Positions 47,492 to 59,293 of a stretch of 64,000 nt of DNA are shown piece by piece. The position numbers and the translations under genes are program-made. The stretch spans positions 496,001 to 560,000 of the forward strand of contig AP026128.1 of NCBI GenBank assembly GCA_030295235.1, written 5' to 3'. The stretch comes from Fistulifera solaris. Lineage: Eukaryota. Within the stretch, counting starts at the first letter, position 1, and each line of letters begins with the position of its first letter. Below the pieces are notes generated by a model that saw only the letters and a program-made list of their open reading frames with translations, was not told the DNA's origin and ran no database searches.

Positions 47492-48074
47492 TTTACGCTT
47501 GCTAGGAGTCAATGCAGATGTCAACTTCAATCAAACAGCAACTAAACTTGTGAACAGGCTTCCTTTATAACAAATGATTGCTGTTCAATGTCGACAACCT
47601 CTGGATTTCGCAATCAATCACAAAAAAGCTCACGCCAGCACAAAAAGATCGAGCCAAATGGACCCCTTTTGCTTCAAGAAAAGGTGGTCGGCGTGTGTGC
47701 GCGCAATGTTGAAGAGGACAAAGATCGGCAGAGGGATTGGGGTAGGTCACTGATTGAGTGCCGTGAAACACAGGTTTGGGTATCACCGTGAATCAAAGTG
47801 TATTTGACGTCATATAGATATACAGTTTCCTGATATACTGCAAGTGACGTGGTGTTTCTCGCTAGCGTTGCGTGAGATGACGACACCGCTCGGACGCGCC
47901 AAAAACAGTAGGTCACCTGATTTAAGAGCGGATGACGCTCAGACGCTGAAGTTGAAGTGCCGAACCGGACGAGCCGTTCGCGTTTCTGCACAACACAAAA
48001 CATGTCAGTTTTTTCTCTACAACAAGTGCTCTTCCTTTCATTCCATTCATTTCTATACATATTATCCCTTTTCA

Positions 48075-49733
48075 ATGAATTTCATTGCGTGGAGCTGTCT
48101 GTTGGCCACAACGGCGAACGCCTTTGTGGTTACCCCGTCATCCTTCCGGACAACTTCGTCTTCTCTGTCGGCCGCGACCCTCGAAGCACCCGTTCGGACT
48201 CCCGAAACACCCGATCGCGTCGCTACAGTCCGGGAACGTTTTCGAAGAGCCTCGGAAGATGCCAAGCAAGCCGTTGGGTGCTCGACCGAAGATACCGGCA
48301 ACGAGTTTTGGAGAACACCCGTCTCCAAACGCGACGTCACCAGCGATCAACCACTCCGGGTCGTCGTGGCCGGTGGAGGCGTCGCCGGATTGGTGACAGC
48401 CGCAGCGTGTCACGCCAAAGGCATGCAGGTTGCTATTTTCGAACAAGCCAGTCAATATGCCCCGTACGGTGGTCCGATTCAAATTCAATCCAATGCATTG
48501 CGAGCACTCGAACGCATCAATCCGAAAGTCTATCAGGAAATCGTCGCGGCCGGGACGGTGACCGCCGATCGCGTCAGTGGATTGAAAATTGGATACAAGA
48601 AGGGTGTTTTCTTGGGACTCGGAGAACAATACAACAAAGGAGACTGGTTGGTACGCTTTGACACGTTGCAACCGGCTTTGCAGGCGGGTTTGCCGGCGAC
48701 CGTCGTCGTCGATCGGCCCGTCATTCAACAAATTTTGTTGCAACATGGAGTACCTCCAGGGACAGTGCGCATCAAAAGTCGTATTGCCTCTTACAAAGAA
48801 CTTGGACCAGGAGAAGGATTGGAAATTAAACTAGAAGACGGTACTGTGGCGTATGCGGATGTTTTAGTAGGAGCCGATGGGATTTGGAGCAGTGTCCGAC
48901 GTCAAATGCATGATTTGGAACGTGGTGCGGATGGTTTCGCTGCCTCGGGAGCGGCAGGTGGCGCCTTGAATGAAGCCGAAGCAAGGCGTATGGCCAAAGA
49001 CAGTGTTCTCATGGCGTCCAATGCGAATCGACGTTATTCTGGATTTACGTGTTATGCAGCCTTGACGGAACACAAGGCATCGAACATTGAGGAAGTGTCG
49101 TACCAAATTCTTCTCGGCAAGGATAAGTACTTTGTTAGCACAGACGGTGGTGGTGAGCGACAGCAATGGTTTGCTTTAATCCGAGAAGAAGCCGGTGGTG
49201 TCGATCCAGAGCCCACAGCCGACAATCCGACACCAAAATTGAATAGGCTATTGAAAGAATTCAATCATGAAGAGCCGGGGGATCAGAATGGAGATGTGTG
49301 GGATGATTTTGCTTACGAGCTATTCAAGTCGACCCCCGAAGAAGCTATTAAACGACGTGATTTGTACGATGGAGCGCCCTTACTAACAAAAGGATGGACG
49401 CGTGGCCAAGTTGCGATCTGTGGTGATGCTGCACATCCGATGATGCCCAACTTGGGGCAAGGTGGTTGCCAGGCGACGGAAGATGGATATCGTCTTGCCG
49501 AAGAACTGGCCACCGTCAAGCACACGACCGAAATCGAAGGTGCCTTGAAAAGCTACTATTTCAAGCGCATTCCCCGTACCACCATCATTCAAATCTTAGC
49601 ACAATTAGGTAGTGATCTGCTTGTCGACTTCGACAAAATGATGACGATTCCTTTGGTCGGACCATTCTTTCTCTACATGACTCAATTCAGCATGCCTTTC
49701 ATCTTGCGCTTCTTATATACTGCGGAATTCTAA
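48075..49733 (+). CDS. ZEP1: Zeaxanthin epoxidase-family FAD monooxygenase (diatom ZEP1 type)
   Basis: Signal peptide ...[61 protein letters not shown]. Confidence 0.9.
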   Translation: MNFIAWSCLLATTANAFVVTPSSFRTTSSSLSAATLEAPVRTPETPDRVATVRERFRRASEDAKQAVGCSTEDTGNEFWRTPVSKRDVTSDQPLRVVVAGGGVAGLVTAAACHAKGMQVAIFEQASQYAPYGGPIQIQSNALRALERINPKVYQEIVAAGTVTADRVSGLKIGYKKGVFLGLGEQYNKGDWLVRFDTLQPALQAGLPATVVVDRPVIQQILLQHGVPPGTVRIKSRIASYKELGPGEGLEIKLEDGTVAYADVLVGADGIWSSVRRQMHDLERGADGFAASGAAGGALNEAEARRMAKDSVLMASNANRRYSGFTCYAALTEHKASNIEEVSYQILLGKDKYFVSTDGGGERQQWFALIREEAGGVDPEPTADNPTPKLNRLLKEFNHEEPGDQNGDVWDDFAYELFKSTPEEAIKRRDLYDGAPLLTKGWTRGQVAICGDAAHPMMPNLGQGGCQATEDGYRLAEELATVKHTTEIEGALKSYYFKRIPRTTIIQILAQLGSDLLVDFDKMMTIPLVGPFFLYMTQFSMPFILRFLYTAEF

Positions 49734-51730
49734 TAAAACACAAACTTTATGCACATTTTTATTGGAAACATAAAAATGTCAGTATTGTGTAAAATCTCAT
49801 TTTTGGTCGCAACGACTTAATGGATCGGGATAAGTAATTAAAAGAATCATTTCGGCAATGTAAACACCGGCATGAGTAAACCGTAGACAACTGATAGAAA
49901 GAAAATTAAGGACTGTATGCGCCGATAAAAATCCCCCAAACACCAATTGCGTGTCTTCATCAAATAATGTCGCCCTCTAGCATACGATCGGTACCCCTTC
50001 ACAAATTTCTTCTTGCTATATCCCATGTAATTTTCTTTTGCATGTGAATTGCAGTCATTCCTTTGTCGAATGAGCATTTTGCTCGGTGCTGTCTAAAGGC
50101 AACTTTGAGGATTGGTAGAGCGGCTGCCATTGGAATGTAAGAAAATACGTTGTGACGGAACTTGTAAAAGCGCAAACACTGATTGTGTGTTCGTACTAGC
50201 GTTTCATGTACACAATCAACTGGGAGCTTGGCTGAATCTATACAGTACTTCAATGCGAGGCGTGCAAAGGCAATACATCAAGCTAATCGATGCTATGGCA
50301 GGCACCTTGTTTGTTGCAGGTAAACGAGCTTGCATCATGCATCTGCGTCATTTGAGGCTGTCATTGCCGTATGAGTCCGTTCATCTAAACCAGATCAGCC
50401 ACAGGTCTTGTCCCGATTGATTAATCTTTTAAACCTGCAGAAATCGAACGTAACATCAATTATCAGAATAATAATATTAATAATGCATTAGTCTACTCGC
50501 ATTCAACGAAACAACAGTGGCCGACGCCATCGACCACGTGTGCAAAACCGCGCACAAATGTTAACTAAAATGTTTACGTTGACGTGGTACTAAGCTCTAC
50601 GTGAGTCCCGAAAATAAATGATCCTCATTTAGTCACGAGTCCTTTAAGTGGTGCAGTCTGTCCGTGCTTCCTATACGACATTTTCCAAACGCACTGCGAC
50701 TTTCAAAGAAAATGGAGTACCGGTCCAAAACAACATCCACTATTTTACCTTACACTTATGCTTAGCCTACTTTGTAGGATTATAGTGGTCGCCCCCTCGA
50801 TTTTTGCTCCAAAATGCAAGGCACTTGCCCATGAAATTTGGCCCATTTTTTCGCTACATCGATTGTTGAACAAATGGGCCCGTTGTGGAAGGATAAACTT
50901 CCACTGCAACGCAGATTTTCAATAAAAACTATCACTCAAGCAATGTTAGATAGATAGGCCTTGGAAAATAAGTCTGAAAACGTGCATTGCCGTAATTTCA
51001 ACTACTTTTCATGACACTTTTCGACATACCTCGAAGCTCGTCGACGGTGCGACCAATGACACGCATTTGCGGTCATCGTTAGCCTCAAACGAGCTTTGAG
51101 TTCTATTTAAGCAACAGCGGCTTGCTCGATTTACCTCTTACCCGTTGAATTGTTCGTATCGCAAATTTCCATTTTAAGGCTAATATACGACTTGTCGACC
51201 CGACCTACCAGATTCTATTTCGCCCGAATAAACCCTTTTATTGTGCATTGCAAGCAAGAGACGGTCATCTCTCTAAATAACGTTGACGGTGTGATGTTTG
51301 GATATCAGTTTAGATTGCGTGCCTGTCATTACTTTTGTCATGCGGTCTCGCCGAACGCAAGCGTCGAATCTATCGCGATTTGATTTATGCCGTTGAAACG
51401 ATCTGCTCCGCAGTCATCGTGCAAGTGACTCCTAGCGAGAAGGCCTTATTATATTAGCGGCTTAACGACCAAGGAAAATGTACTGCTCTTGTTGATCTTG
51501 CGATGTTGAGTAGAGCAAGGCGCGAGTGTATCATCTAGAGACCCAGCGGTTGTATCAATTCTGTCATGGCAACGCCGAGTCTTGACAACACAGCTATGCC
51601 ACTTGTCTTTATAAATTTGAAGCAATGCGAAATGACTCGATTGATGCCGTTCCTTCAGAAAAAATTCCAATCCAGTGCAGTCAAAAGAAGTCGATTAATC
51701 AACAACTTGCGAACGTATTCAAATCGTAAA

Positions 51731-53315
51731 CTACTCCACTTTCGGTTGCAGCACGGCAACGCACGGGTGTTCCTTGATAAATGCGTCGTGTGCAGGGTGC
51801 TGTTCAGGAAATATGTACAGAGTGACGAGGAAATTTGGAACCACCATGCGCTCATCACGCAAAATATCTCCCAGGGTTAAGGCGGGATGTACACGGACGA
51901 CGGGGTTAGGAGGAGGTACAGCCCACAAACTACCATGCTTCTTTTCCAAGCCTGACGCTGTTCGTGCAGTTGTTTTCGTGCCACTGCCGTGACAACCGCC
52001 GCTATGTCATCTCCTTCGTCGCCTTTCAGAGCACGACTAGCTTCGTAAAAGCGCATGGTGTCTCCTTGTGTCTTCAAGAGCTGAACATGCTCCGGATGAA
52101 TAACGTCGTCACGAGCCGTTTGGTGTACTTCGAAGTAGATTGCTAATTGACTGCAAGTAAATTCGTTGTTGTGATCCCACGGCATGGCCGTTTCAGTTTC
52201 ATCATCCTCGAGTTCTGGAAAAACTTCTGCCAATCGCATCGCTAACATTTCGCCCTCTCCGAATTGGGCAATAAAATCCGAATGCTGATGTGACGGATAC
52301 AAGAACAAACAAGGCCAAACCCACTCATCCACGCCGGCTTGCAATTGTTTCGGCAAATGTCCCGAATGCGGCATGTGCTGATGCCATCGTGATTCTTCTT
52401 CCTCATCTTCTTCGACCGACGAAACCAGCGGTACTTTTCCGAGAGCAATCTTGTTCGTGGAAGCATGCTTCCAAACAGCTTTCACTTTGAAACGCGTTCC
52501 GCGCGAGCTCGTTCCCGTTGTTGTCGTTGCTTTCGTGCCTTTCGTATCCGTTCCGCTAATAGCTGTTGCAATTTCAGAAGATCAGGGTTTTCCGGCTCTA
52601 CCGCTAAGCCTTGTTCGAGAGCATCTCCTGCCGCTTCCCATTCTTGCAATTGTTGATACGCTTTGGCCAATCGGTACCAGGCTTTGACATTTTGGTCATC
52701 GTATTGCAACGCTTTCTTGGACTCATCACGAACAAATCCCCAATTTTTCAATTGCATATGCGTTAAGGCAATATTTCCGCAAATTTTGGATCGTTCTTGA
52801 TTCAATTCTTGTTCATTGTAGGTCGGATCATCCGTATCCGCTACAGCATAATCTCCTTCTTGGAGTGGTTCGATTTTCAGTGCCCAAGCAAAGGCTTCAT
52901 AATAATGATTTAAGGCCGTCCGGAAATACGACATGTTTTTGACTTGATTTCTCTTGCCATTTTGAAAAGCATCATTTCCTTTTCTGCGGAAACTCAACAT
53001 GAGCCGCGTCGGCGTTTCTCCGTCGTAAATTAGCGAAGTAAAAGCTTCTTGCAAACCACTCTTTTCGACTTCTTCTACGCTCGTCGCAAAAAGCGGTGGT
53101 ATGAAATCATCGTCCAGGATCTTTTCCAAATACGCTTCTTTTTCACCCGGCCCCCAACCTCGTCCCTGCTGAATCGCCAAATCAATCGCATTGGCCAATA
53201 GTTCATCCGTCTTGTCGCGTGGTCCTTCGGCATCGATGGTGTCCTTCATGGCGGACATGTTCGAAAGTAGATCATTGTATTGATCGACTTTTTCGTCAAT
53301 GTGATAATCTGGCAT
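51731..53315 (-). CDS. TTC4: TPR co-chaperone CNS1/TTC4 homologue; frameshifts ~52487 and ~51945
   Basis: PPLFAT, KGNDAF, TPR helices (NIALTHMQLKNWG, NVKAWYRLAKA), wheel-domain WPCLFLYP...SDFI, PWD. Confidence 0.82.
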
Positions 53316-53619
53316 TCTTTATTCTTAGTTGTTGTGTTGATTGATGAAGTGGGTGATGTGAATTGTAAATGATCGTTAATTACAAAGATACTACGTAACA
53401 ACTTGGATCTCGTCCTCGTTGTCTCATTCTTTCGTTCATTTTTTCGTGATCGGTTTTTCTTGGAGGAAATGTCAATAGGTCATGAGCTCAAAAAAAGTAA
53501 TCTACACGTTGCGCTATAGTTATTCGAGCGTATTATTTTTTAATAAAATAAAAAAAAACTCCAACAATCGTTACGGACGTAGTTCATTTCACGCAGCATT
53601 TCGTTCGAATCGAAACAAC

Positions 53620-54420
53620 TGTGACCAGGAATAAAGTTTCTATTTATGGAATGTGCGCTTGCCTTCGTTATGATCAAATCACAATTTTCAGATTTTTGGA
53701 ACGCATTCCGTTCGCACTGAACAAACTGGTCCAGAATTTCTGGACCAACGCAGAATTTCTGTATGAACAGAAATAAGTCTACCAGAATTTCTGGAATGTG
53801 CACTTTCCTTCGTTATGATTTATGATCCATGACACAGTTTCCAGAATTTTTGAAACTCGCACTTTCTCTCGTTGTGTTCCAAAACATATTGTCTAGAATT
53901 TCTGGAACGTGCGCAGCATTTCGGTAGGATCGAAAAAACTGGTCCAGAATTTCTGGACCACCACAAAATTCCTGAACGACCACAAATAACTTGTTTAGAA
54001 TTTCTGGAACGTGCACTGGCTTCGATCAAAGCACATTTTCCAGAATCTCGGATTGCGCCCTTTTCTTTGCTATGACCTAAAGCACAATTTCCAGAATTTC
54101 TGGAACCTGCGCAGCTTTTCGGTAGGATCGAAAAAAACTGGTCCAGAATTTCTGGACCACCACAGATTATCTGTATGACCAGGATTAAATCTACCAGAAT
54201 TTCTGGAATGTGCACTTTCCTTCGTTATGATCCATGACACAGTTTCCAGAATTTCTGGAACGCGCCGTTTCCTCCGTTATGATCCAAAGTACAATATTTC
54301 CAGAATTTCTGGAAGTTTCGCATTATCTCGTACGCATCGAAGAGCTCGTCCAGAATTTCTGGAGAGCCACAGAATTTCTGTATGATTAGATACACATTTT
54401 CCAGAATTTCTGGAATCTGC
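53620..54420. repeat. Array of ~15 near-palindromes TCCAGAATTTCTGGA spaced ~44-58 bp, with ~205-bp higher-order unit
   Basis: Copies near 53730, 53781, 53839, 53892, 53943, 53994, 54038, 54089, 54142, 54193, 54244, 54298, 54349 and 54399. Confidence 0.92.
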
Positions 54421-54503
54421 ACCTGCTTTCGTTGTTGCAACGCAAAAATATATCCAAACAACAACTCGCAGTCTTTTCTTTCTCAAACAAAATAAACTAT
54501 CAC

Positions 54504-55697
54504 ATGGCAACCGACAACGATAGCAGCGATGTTACAACCTATTTCAATTGCCGCGCGGGTACGCTGGTGCAAGAACCCGGCGAGCAGGATGTTTTACTGA
54601 AAAGACCAGCGGGGCATCACAAGGGCAATCAACGTCTCTTGGAAGATACCGAAGAATTTCGAGAGCGTTACAAGCTCGCGAGTACTTTGTCCGAAAAGAA
54701 AGAATTGGCGCTTCAGATATTATTGCGGGTAAAAGAACGAGGCGGTTTGTTTCTCATGTATACTCCCCCGCAAACAAGTAATAGTGCCACCGACGAGTCA
54801 TGTTGGTGTATTCAAAATTACGAAGAATCCAGTCTTCGTGTGCGGCAAATCTTAAGAGAAGCGACGGGCGGGAAAACGAAAGGGGTTACGGCTAGTTATC
54901 CTTCAAACCATGTTTCGGGTGCCGCCAAACACAGCGCAACACTTCCTGGAAGTATGTTAACACCACGAATACCGCGAGGCAATCATCTTTCGCAACAGCA
55001 TTCACTTTATAGCTCGGAATATTTGGAAGCTTGTAAAGTATTGAGCGATGATACAATGAATCACGCGTGTGAGCTATTATTGAATACGAGCCACAATCCA
55101 CAAGACGCCAAAGAACAACTCTTGCAGATCTATCAAAAGTGCGTCCAAGCGGCTAGCGTCATCGAGACGGAACTCCAAAACAATCCTACCACGGCGACCT
55201 TTCCGTTGCCTCCCGTACTACGGGGACGGACCGGATCCCTAGGGGTTGCTTCTTCCGCAATTAGTAGCACTGTATCCAAAATCAAGACGGTCATTCCCCC
55301 CGTCAATCGCACGCAGCGGATGACGCATCCTTCGGACTATCCTCATCGCGGATCGATGGGTTCAACGAGCAGCAATGGAGTCAAAGGCTTGCCGCCCTCG
55401 AAAAAGATGCGTCGTGCGCCTTCGCCGCCGCCGCCGGCAGCAGCTTCGACCTCCGTCGTGCCAGAAAGTGCCTTGCAATTTTTAGCGAAGCTGAACAAAG
55501 AGCAAAATGCCAGTCACAACACTGATTCGGGGGACAAGAAGAAAAAGTTAAAGAAGAAGAATAGCAGCGAGGAAAGCGACAGCCAATCGACGAAAAACAG
55601 TGAGGACATGGAACAGGAGAAGTCTTTAGAAGCAAAGCAAGAAACAAGTTCACCAGCCGTCCGTGTACAGCCAAAGCGTGGTAGCAAGGCTAACTAA
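54504..55697 (+). CDS. DUF6824-domain protein (diatom-expanded)
   Basis: DVLL...HKGNQRL...RYKLA...EKKELALQIL..VKERGGLFL...W...RVRQILRE, followed by a disordered tail. Confidence 0.75.
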   Translation: MATDNDSSDVTTYFNCRAGTLVQEPGEQDVLLKRPAGHHKGNQRLLEDTEEFRERYKLASTLSEKKELALQILLRVKERGGLFLMYTPPQTSNSATDESCWCIQNYEESSLRVRQILREATGGKTKGVTASYPSNHVSGAAKHSATLPGSMLTPRIPRGNHLSQQHSLYSSEYLEACKVLSDDTMNHACELLLNTSHNPQDAKEQLLQIYQKCVQAASVIETELQNNPTTATFPLPPVLRGRTGSLGVASSAISSTVSKIKTVIPPVNRTQRMTHPSDYPHRGSMGSTSSNGVKGLPPSKKMRRAPSPPPPAAASTSVVPESALQFLAKLNKEQNASHNTDSGDKKKKLKKKNSSEESDSQSTKNSEDMEQEKSLEAKQETSSPAVRVQPKRGSKAN

Positions 55698-55727
55698 CTA
55701 TTAACGCAAGCAAATGCACAATTTTTA

Positions 55728-57368
55728 TCAGTATTGTCGCTGCTCCTCTCCTTCTTCCAGTCGCCGGAGCTTTTTACGCTTCTTTGTGAAACCACGCTTT
55801 CGGCTGAACGCTTGTTGGACTTTGGCAAGATCGCTCGGAGACGGTTGCGAAGCATTCTCATCTGCATCGAAATCATCCGTCAGTTCTTCCATGACATCTT
55901 GCTGCAAGGTCATTTTCTCTTGTTGTTCTTCTGCTTGTCGTACAACATTGACCAGGGGCTCTTCCTGTTCCGAAAAGAAGATAATGCCCCGTCCCTTCTT
56001 GGAGTGATTTCTACGACCACACCGTCCCATGCGATGCAAATGCGTCACAACATTCGTAGCAAACTGCAATTGAATGACCAGCGTCACATCCGGTACATCC
56101 AGACCGCGGCTGGCCAGATCCGTGCAAACCAGAATAGACGATTGACCATTGGCTGTCGATTGACGAAAAGCTTCGAGTGTTTCAGTTCGTTCTTGCAAGT
56201 TCAATTTGGCGTGATACCTTAACACAGAAACACCTGCTCGTTGCAAGGCCGCACTCGCATTCTCAACATCCTGTACACTGTTCAAGAAAATCATTATCTT
56301 TTCACCTTCAGAACCTTGTTGCTGTTGATGCTGTGACAACATTTCCACTACAGCTTTCATCCGCTCTTGTTTCGACTCCAGTGCAATCCACTGTGTTTCC
56401 AGCAACCCCTCGTGTTTGGCATTGTGCAAGTTCGCCGTCGTAATATACTCCGCCGAAGGGAACTTCTTCTTCAAATACGCATCGACACTCCGCAATCCGG
56501 AATCGGGTAACGTGGCTGCAACAAAAACGTATTGCGTCGGACGTTGTTCAGTAGAATGAATGGTGCGATCGGCCCTTCGAAAGCCCATCAATACCTGCTC
56601 CAGCGCACGCACATAACCTCCATCCAACAACATATCCGCTTCATCCACAATGAGGGATTGAATATCAGCGAAAATTGCGACATGTTTCGGATTCAGTGCC
56701 CACGGCCCCAGTGCCGCGGGTGTCGAAACAATCAAGTCTAAGGGCTTCGTACAACGTCGGAAGGGTGCGAAATCATTCGGTTCGTCCATACCTCCCGGCA
56801 ATACAGCTAGTCGAATCAACGAATCGTCATCATTGTCATTTTCCTGCAACACTTTTCCATCGTACACGAGTGCCGAAGGTCCACCCGCCAACGGCAGTGC
56901 CATGCGCACGACTTGTTGCACCAATTCCTTGTTTGGCACCAAGACGACAGCTTTCGCAAACGCTTGCACTGCATCCCATTGGTTGGAATCCTTTGTAAGC
57001 CGTTCTTCCAACACCGCATTCATCCACGGCAACAAATACGCCAGTGTTTTGCCGGTACCCGTCTCGGCACCTAGTATCACATTCCGACCTTCTTGCACGG
57101 AAGAAAAGGCCAACGATTGAATTTCACTCGGACCGCTCCGGTAAATGGTCGGTAATTCGCTTTGTAAGCGTTGTAACAAAACAGGAGATGTAATGAGTGA
57201 CTCCCAATCATTCTGAGATAAGCGCAGTGATAACGAGGAGGATGCGAAAGTTCGTTTTGCCACCGAAAAGGCACGACAGGATGACAGAAATCGGAGCGAC
57301 GATGATGAAGATAAGAGCATTAACATTGGTAGAAATTTCAGGCTTGTACAAGGTCGAAACCGCTTCAT
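55728..57368 (-). CDS. DEAD-box RNA helicase, probably organellar
   Basis: Q motif PSEIQ, AETGTGKT, PNKELV, TP, DEAD, AAT, TDLASRGLD, HRMGRCGR; N-terminal signal-like ...SCRA-F. Confidence 0.92.
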   Translation of the reverse strand: MKRFRPCTSLKFLPMLMLLSSSSSLRFLSSCRAFSVAKRTFASSSLSLRLSQNDWESLITSPVLLQRLQSELPTIYRSGPSEIQSLAFSSVQEGRNVILGAETGTGKTLAYLLPWMNAVLEERLTKDSNQWDAVQAFAKAVVLVPNKELVQQVVRMALPLAGGPSALVYDGKVLQENDNDDDSLIRLAVLPGGMDEPNDFAPFRRCTKPLDLIVSTPAALGPWALNPKHVAIFADIQSLIVDEADMLLDGGYVRALEQVLMGFRRADRTIHSTEQRPTQYVFVAATLPDSGLRSVDAYLKKKFPSAEYITTANLHNAKHEGLLETQWIALESKQERMKAVVEMLSQHQQQQGSEGEKIMIFLNSVQDVENASAALQRAGVSVLRYHAKLNLQERTETLEAFRQSTANGQSSILVCTDLASRGLDVPDVTLVIQLQFATNVVTHLHRMGRCGRRNHSKKGRGIIFFSEQEEPLVNVVRQAEEQQEKMTLQQDVMEELTDDFDADENASQPSPSDLAKVQQAFSRKRGFTKKRKKLRRLEEGEEQRQY

Positions 57369-57594
57369 TGTATGCTTATCAATAAAGTCTCGTTTCTTCT
57401 ATTTTGACGAAAGAGACCTTGTCCATTGGCAAGGAAGAGAATGAATGAGGAATACCTGGTAACCTTACAATTTTTTTCGATGATGTTTTGCTTGGCTCAA
57501 TGGCTCGTGGCTAAAATGGAGAACTTCCAAAAGGAGTACACATAAACTTACTGTAATCTTCAGGCCTTGTCTGACCACGACCCAATCTAAAACG

Positions 57595-59080
57595 CCATAC
57601 CGAAGCAATGAGAGCCCCACGGTTGTCCACAAACAAAAGCGCGAAGTGTATAATCATGATCAAATGCCATGGAAAACCAATATATAAGCTAAATATTATC
57701 TTCATTCGAAACGCAATTATTGCGTCGAAAGGTATCCGTATCGTCGAATGCCATTTTCACTATGATAGTAAAGTGTTGGTTCTACGCGATCGCGACTAAA
57801 TTTCACTCACTTGAAACTCCACCGAAGCAATGAGAGCACCGTCCTCAACAAAAATGCGAAGTGTACCAGTATAATCGTATGCCATGGAAAACCAATATAT
57901 AAGCTAAATATTATCTTCATTCGAAACGCAACTATTTGCGTCGAAAAGCATCCGTATCGTCGACTGCCATTTTCACTATGATGGTAAAGTGTTGGTTCTA
58001 CGCGATGCGACTAAAATTCAGTCACGATTAACACATAAGGTTACGATATTGGTGGTCTTCAAACACAAGCGCGAAGCGTATAATCAATAATCAAATGCCA
58101 TGAAAAACCAATATATAAGCTAAACATTTTTTTTATTCGAAACGCAACTATTTGCGTCGAAAAGCATCCGTATCGTCAAATGCCATTTTCACTATGATGG
58201 TAAAGTGTAGGTTCTACGCGATGCGACTAAAATTCAGTCACGATTAACACATAAGGTTACGATATTGGTGGTCTTCAAACACAAGCGCGAAGCGTATAAT
58301 CAATAATCACATGCCATGAAAAAGCCAATATATAAGCTAAACATTTTTTTTTATTCGAAACGCAACTATTCGCGTCGAAAGGCATCCGTATTGTCGACTG
58401 CCATTTTCAATATGATGATGGTAAAGTGTTTGTTCTACGCGATCGCGACTGAAATTCAGTCACGATTAACACATAAGGTTGCGATATTGGTGGTCTTCAA
58501 ACAAAAGTGCGAAGTGTATTATAAATAATCAAATGCTATGAAAATCAGTATATAAGCTAAACATTATTTTTATTCGAAACGCAACTATTTGCGTCGAAAA
58601 GCATCCGTATCGTCGACTGCCATTTTCACTATGATGTTGAAGTGTTGGTTCTACGCGATCGCGACTAGATTTCAGTTACGATCCACCAAAGTGGTCTTCA
58701 AACAAAAGTGCGAAGTGTATAATAAATAATCAAATGCCATGAAAACCAGTATATAAGCTAAACATTATCTTTATTCGAAACGCAACTATTTGCGTCGAAA
58801 AGCATCCGTATCGTCGACTGCCATTTTCACTATGATGTTGAAGTGTTGGTTGTACGCGATCGCGACTAGATTTCAGTCACGATCAACATATGGTTACGAT
58901 ATTGAAAATGCCACCAAAGTGGTCTTCACACAAAAGTACGAAGTGTATAATCAATAATCAAATGTTATGGAAAAACCAATATATAAGCTAAATATTATCT
59001 TCATTCGAAACGCAATTATTTGCGTCGAAAGGCATCCGTATCGTCAAATGCCATTTTTATTATTATGGTAAAGTGTTGGT
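57595..59080. repeat. AT-rich tandem repeat, ~200-230 bp unit, ~7 copies
   Basis: tg(c/t)(c/t)atg..aaa.ca.tatataagctaaa...attcgaaacgcaa at ~57665, 57880, 58095, 58312, 58534, 58735 and 58963. Confidence 0.95.
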
Positions 59081-59293
59081 TCGGCTAGGAAACTCTAGGA
59101 ATACGCTGTTGGCGTCTGCAAAGCGGAAAATAAGATCAATAAAAGTGTGACCGATCAGGTTGACAATCGTTCCGTCGGGGGCATTGCGAGACGGGGACGA
59201 GCTAAGCCATTCAATCGACCCAAAATTTCCGCTGATAATTGATTTCATACTCCTACTTTAGCTCTAATATAACTAGCGTGAATCCTTACAAAT

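Noticed and set aside
49847..51700. Possible gene or pseudogene between ZEP1 and TTC4
   Set aside because: Only short ORFs on both strands; I could not build a spliced model or recognise a domain.
53620..54420. CRISPR array (palindromic repeats with ~35-bp spacers)
   Set aside because: Repeat is only ~15 bp, spacers are related to one another in a four-unit period, there are no cas genes, and the context is eukaryotic.
53540..54510. ORFs with repeated PEIL / SRNS / FQKFW peptides
   Set aside because: Products of the DNA palindrome in several frames, with frequent stops.
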